From positions 1 through 51,872 of the forward strand of contig CACWIO010000001.1 in the NCBI GenBank assembly GCA_902760855.1: a stretch of 51,872 nt of DNA. The letters are read 5' to 3'. The notes beneath the pieces were generated by a model, which was not told the DNA's origin, ran no database searches, and saw only the letters and a list, made by a program, of their open reading frames with translations. Position numbers and translations under genes: made by a program. Below, one piece after another: positions 51,227 through 51,872 of the stretch. Within the stretch, counting starts at the first letter, position 1. Each line of letters opens with the position of its first letter. This stretch comes from an uncultured Eubacteriales bacterium (GTDB lineage Bacteria > Bacillota > Clostridia > Peptostreptococcales > Anaerovoracaceae).

Positions 51227-51269
51227 GCTTGGATTTGCTATGTTCTCTAATATGTATTCTTTGATATCT

Positions 51270-51872
51270 CTAGAACTTCAGGATTCCGAGTTTCCAGAGT
51301 GCGCACAATCCGATTATCAATCCGGCGACAAGCGCGATATCTGCTGCGATGAGCAGCTTAGAAGGCGTAACGCCGATTTCCTCTCCTATGGAGCTGTTAG
51401 CATTATTTGAATCAGGGCTTCCGAAGAGGTCTGCGAGGAGCGAAGGAACTTCGAGAGCATCCTCAGCAGCAGTTAGCTGATCTTCTGTAGGAGGGTTGTT
51501 TGCTGCAGTGTTATCTGTAGTTGTGCCTGCAGTAATGAATTCATCCCATGCATCAGATGACTGTGAGTTCGAATCATATGCCGGCGATACAGCTGACAGG
51601 ACTTCCGATGTCTGTGGCTCCCAGTATCCGCCATCTATGGCGAACTCTCCCGGAATCGGATCCACGCTAACACTTGATGTTGCGTGATGGTCGACTATAT
51701 TGATATCGAGAGACTCGCTTGCACCTGTGATGATGAGATTGTTACCGCTTTTAATCCATTGGCAATCCGCCAATCGAGCAACATCTGCTTTTTTAAGCTT
51801 TCGTGCCGAATCATAATCGATATCAGACAGGCTTGCTGTTGGCTCTCTTAGCTCCGCATTTTTGATTAACCG
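51270..51872 (-). CDS. C-terminally membrane-anchored protein, function unknown, 5' end beyond the window
   Basis: The frame stays open upstream of the ORF-track TTG (51773) to the window edge (...RLIKNAELREPTASLSDIDYDSARKLKKADVARLADCQWIK...). The C-terminal TM helix is LLIAADIALVAGLIIGLCALW. Confidence 0.6.
   Translation of the reverse strand, partial: RLIKNAELREPTASLSDIDYDSARKLKKADVARLADCQWIKSGNNLIITGASESLDINIVDHHATSSVSVDPIPGEFAIDGGYWEPQTSEVLSAVSPAYDSNSQSSDAWDEFITAGTTTDNTAANNPPTEDQLTAAEDALEVPSLLADLFGSPDSNNANSSIGEEIGVTPSKLLIAADIALVAGLIIGLCALWKLGILKF

Overview
This window is the chromosomal replication-origin neighbourhood of a Firmicutes/Clostridia-type genome; the taxon is inferred only from gene content and protein style. 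The core genes are a mnmG-derived ORF and mnmE (-), dnaN-dnaA (-), rpmH-rnpA-yidD-yidC-jag (+), recF (+) and gyrB-gyrA (+). Between them lies a large nucleoside/nucleobase salvage set: deoC-udp-deoB, a BMP-family nucleoside ABC importer, tdk, psuK-psuG, and two adenine-deaminase paralogues with a permease. Also present are a VapBC-like toxin-antitoxin pair, two small low-GC nuclease-fold genes, dtd, galE, an OmpR/HK/PepSY module and a MoxR-DUF58 operon. No rRNA, tRNA, CRISPR array, integrase or transposase was recognised. Five things look unusual. (1) Two diverged, inverted copies of a DnaA-box-rich non-coding element (23941-24341 and 38400-39097) bracket a 14-kb block that includes gyrBA. The second copy carries five tandem ~62-bp palindromic units (ten TATACTTCT half-sites) in an AT-rich core, so it resembles an origin or centromere. 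(2) The dnaA-dnaN-oriC module is far more AT-rich than everything around it, with knife-edge borders. (3) The ori-core block (dnaN...jag) is inverted relative to the canonical Firmicutes gene order. (4) MnmG loses its C-terminal domain and continues in frame into an ABC-exporter ATPase domain, exactly at a compositional break. (5) An unclassified repeat-containing 5' leader with a terminator precedes the adenine-deaminase operon. Several of these could also be assembly chimeras, and I cannot exclude that from the sequence alone.
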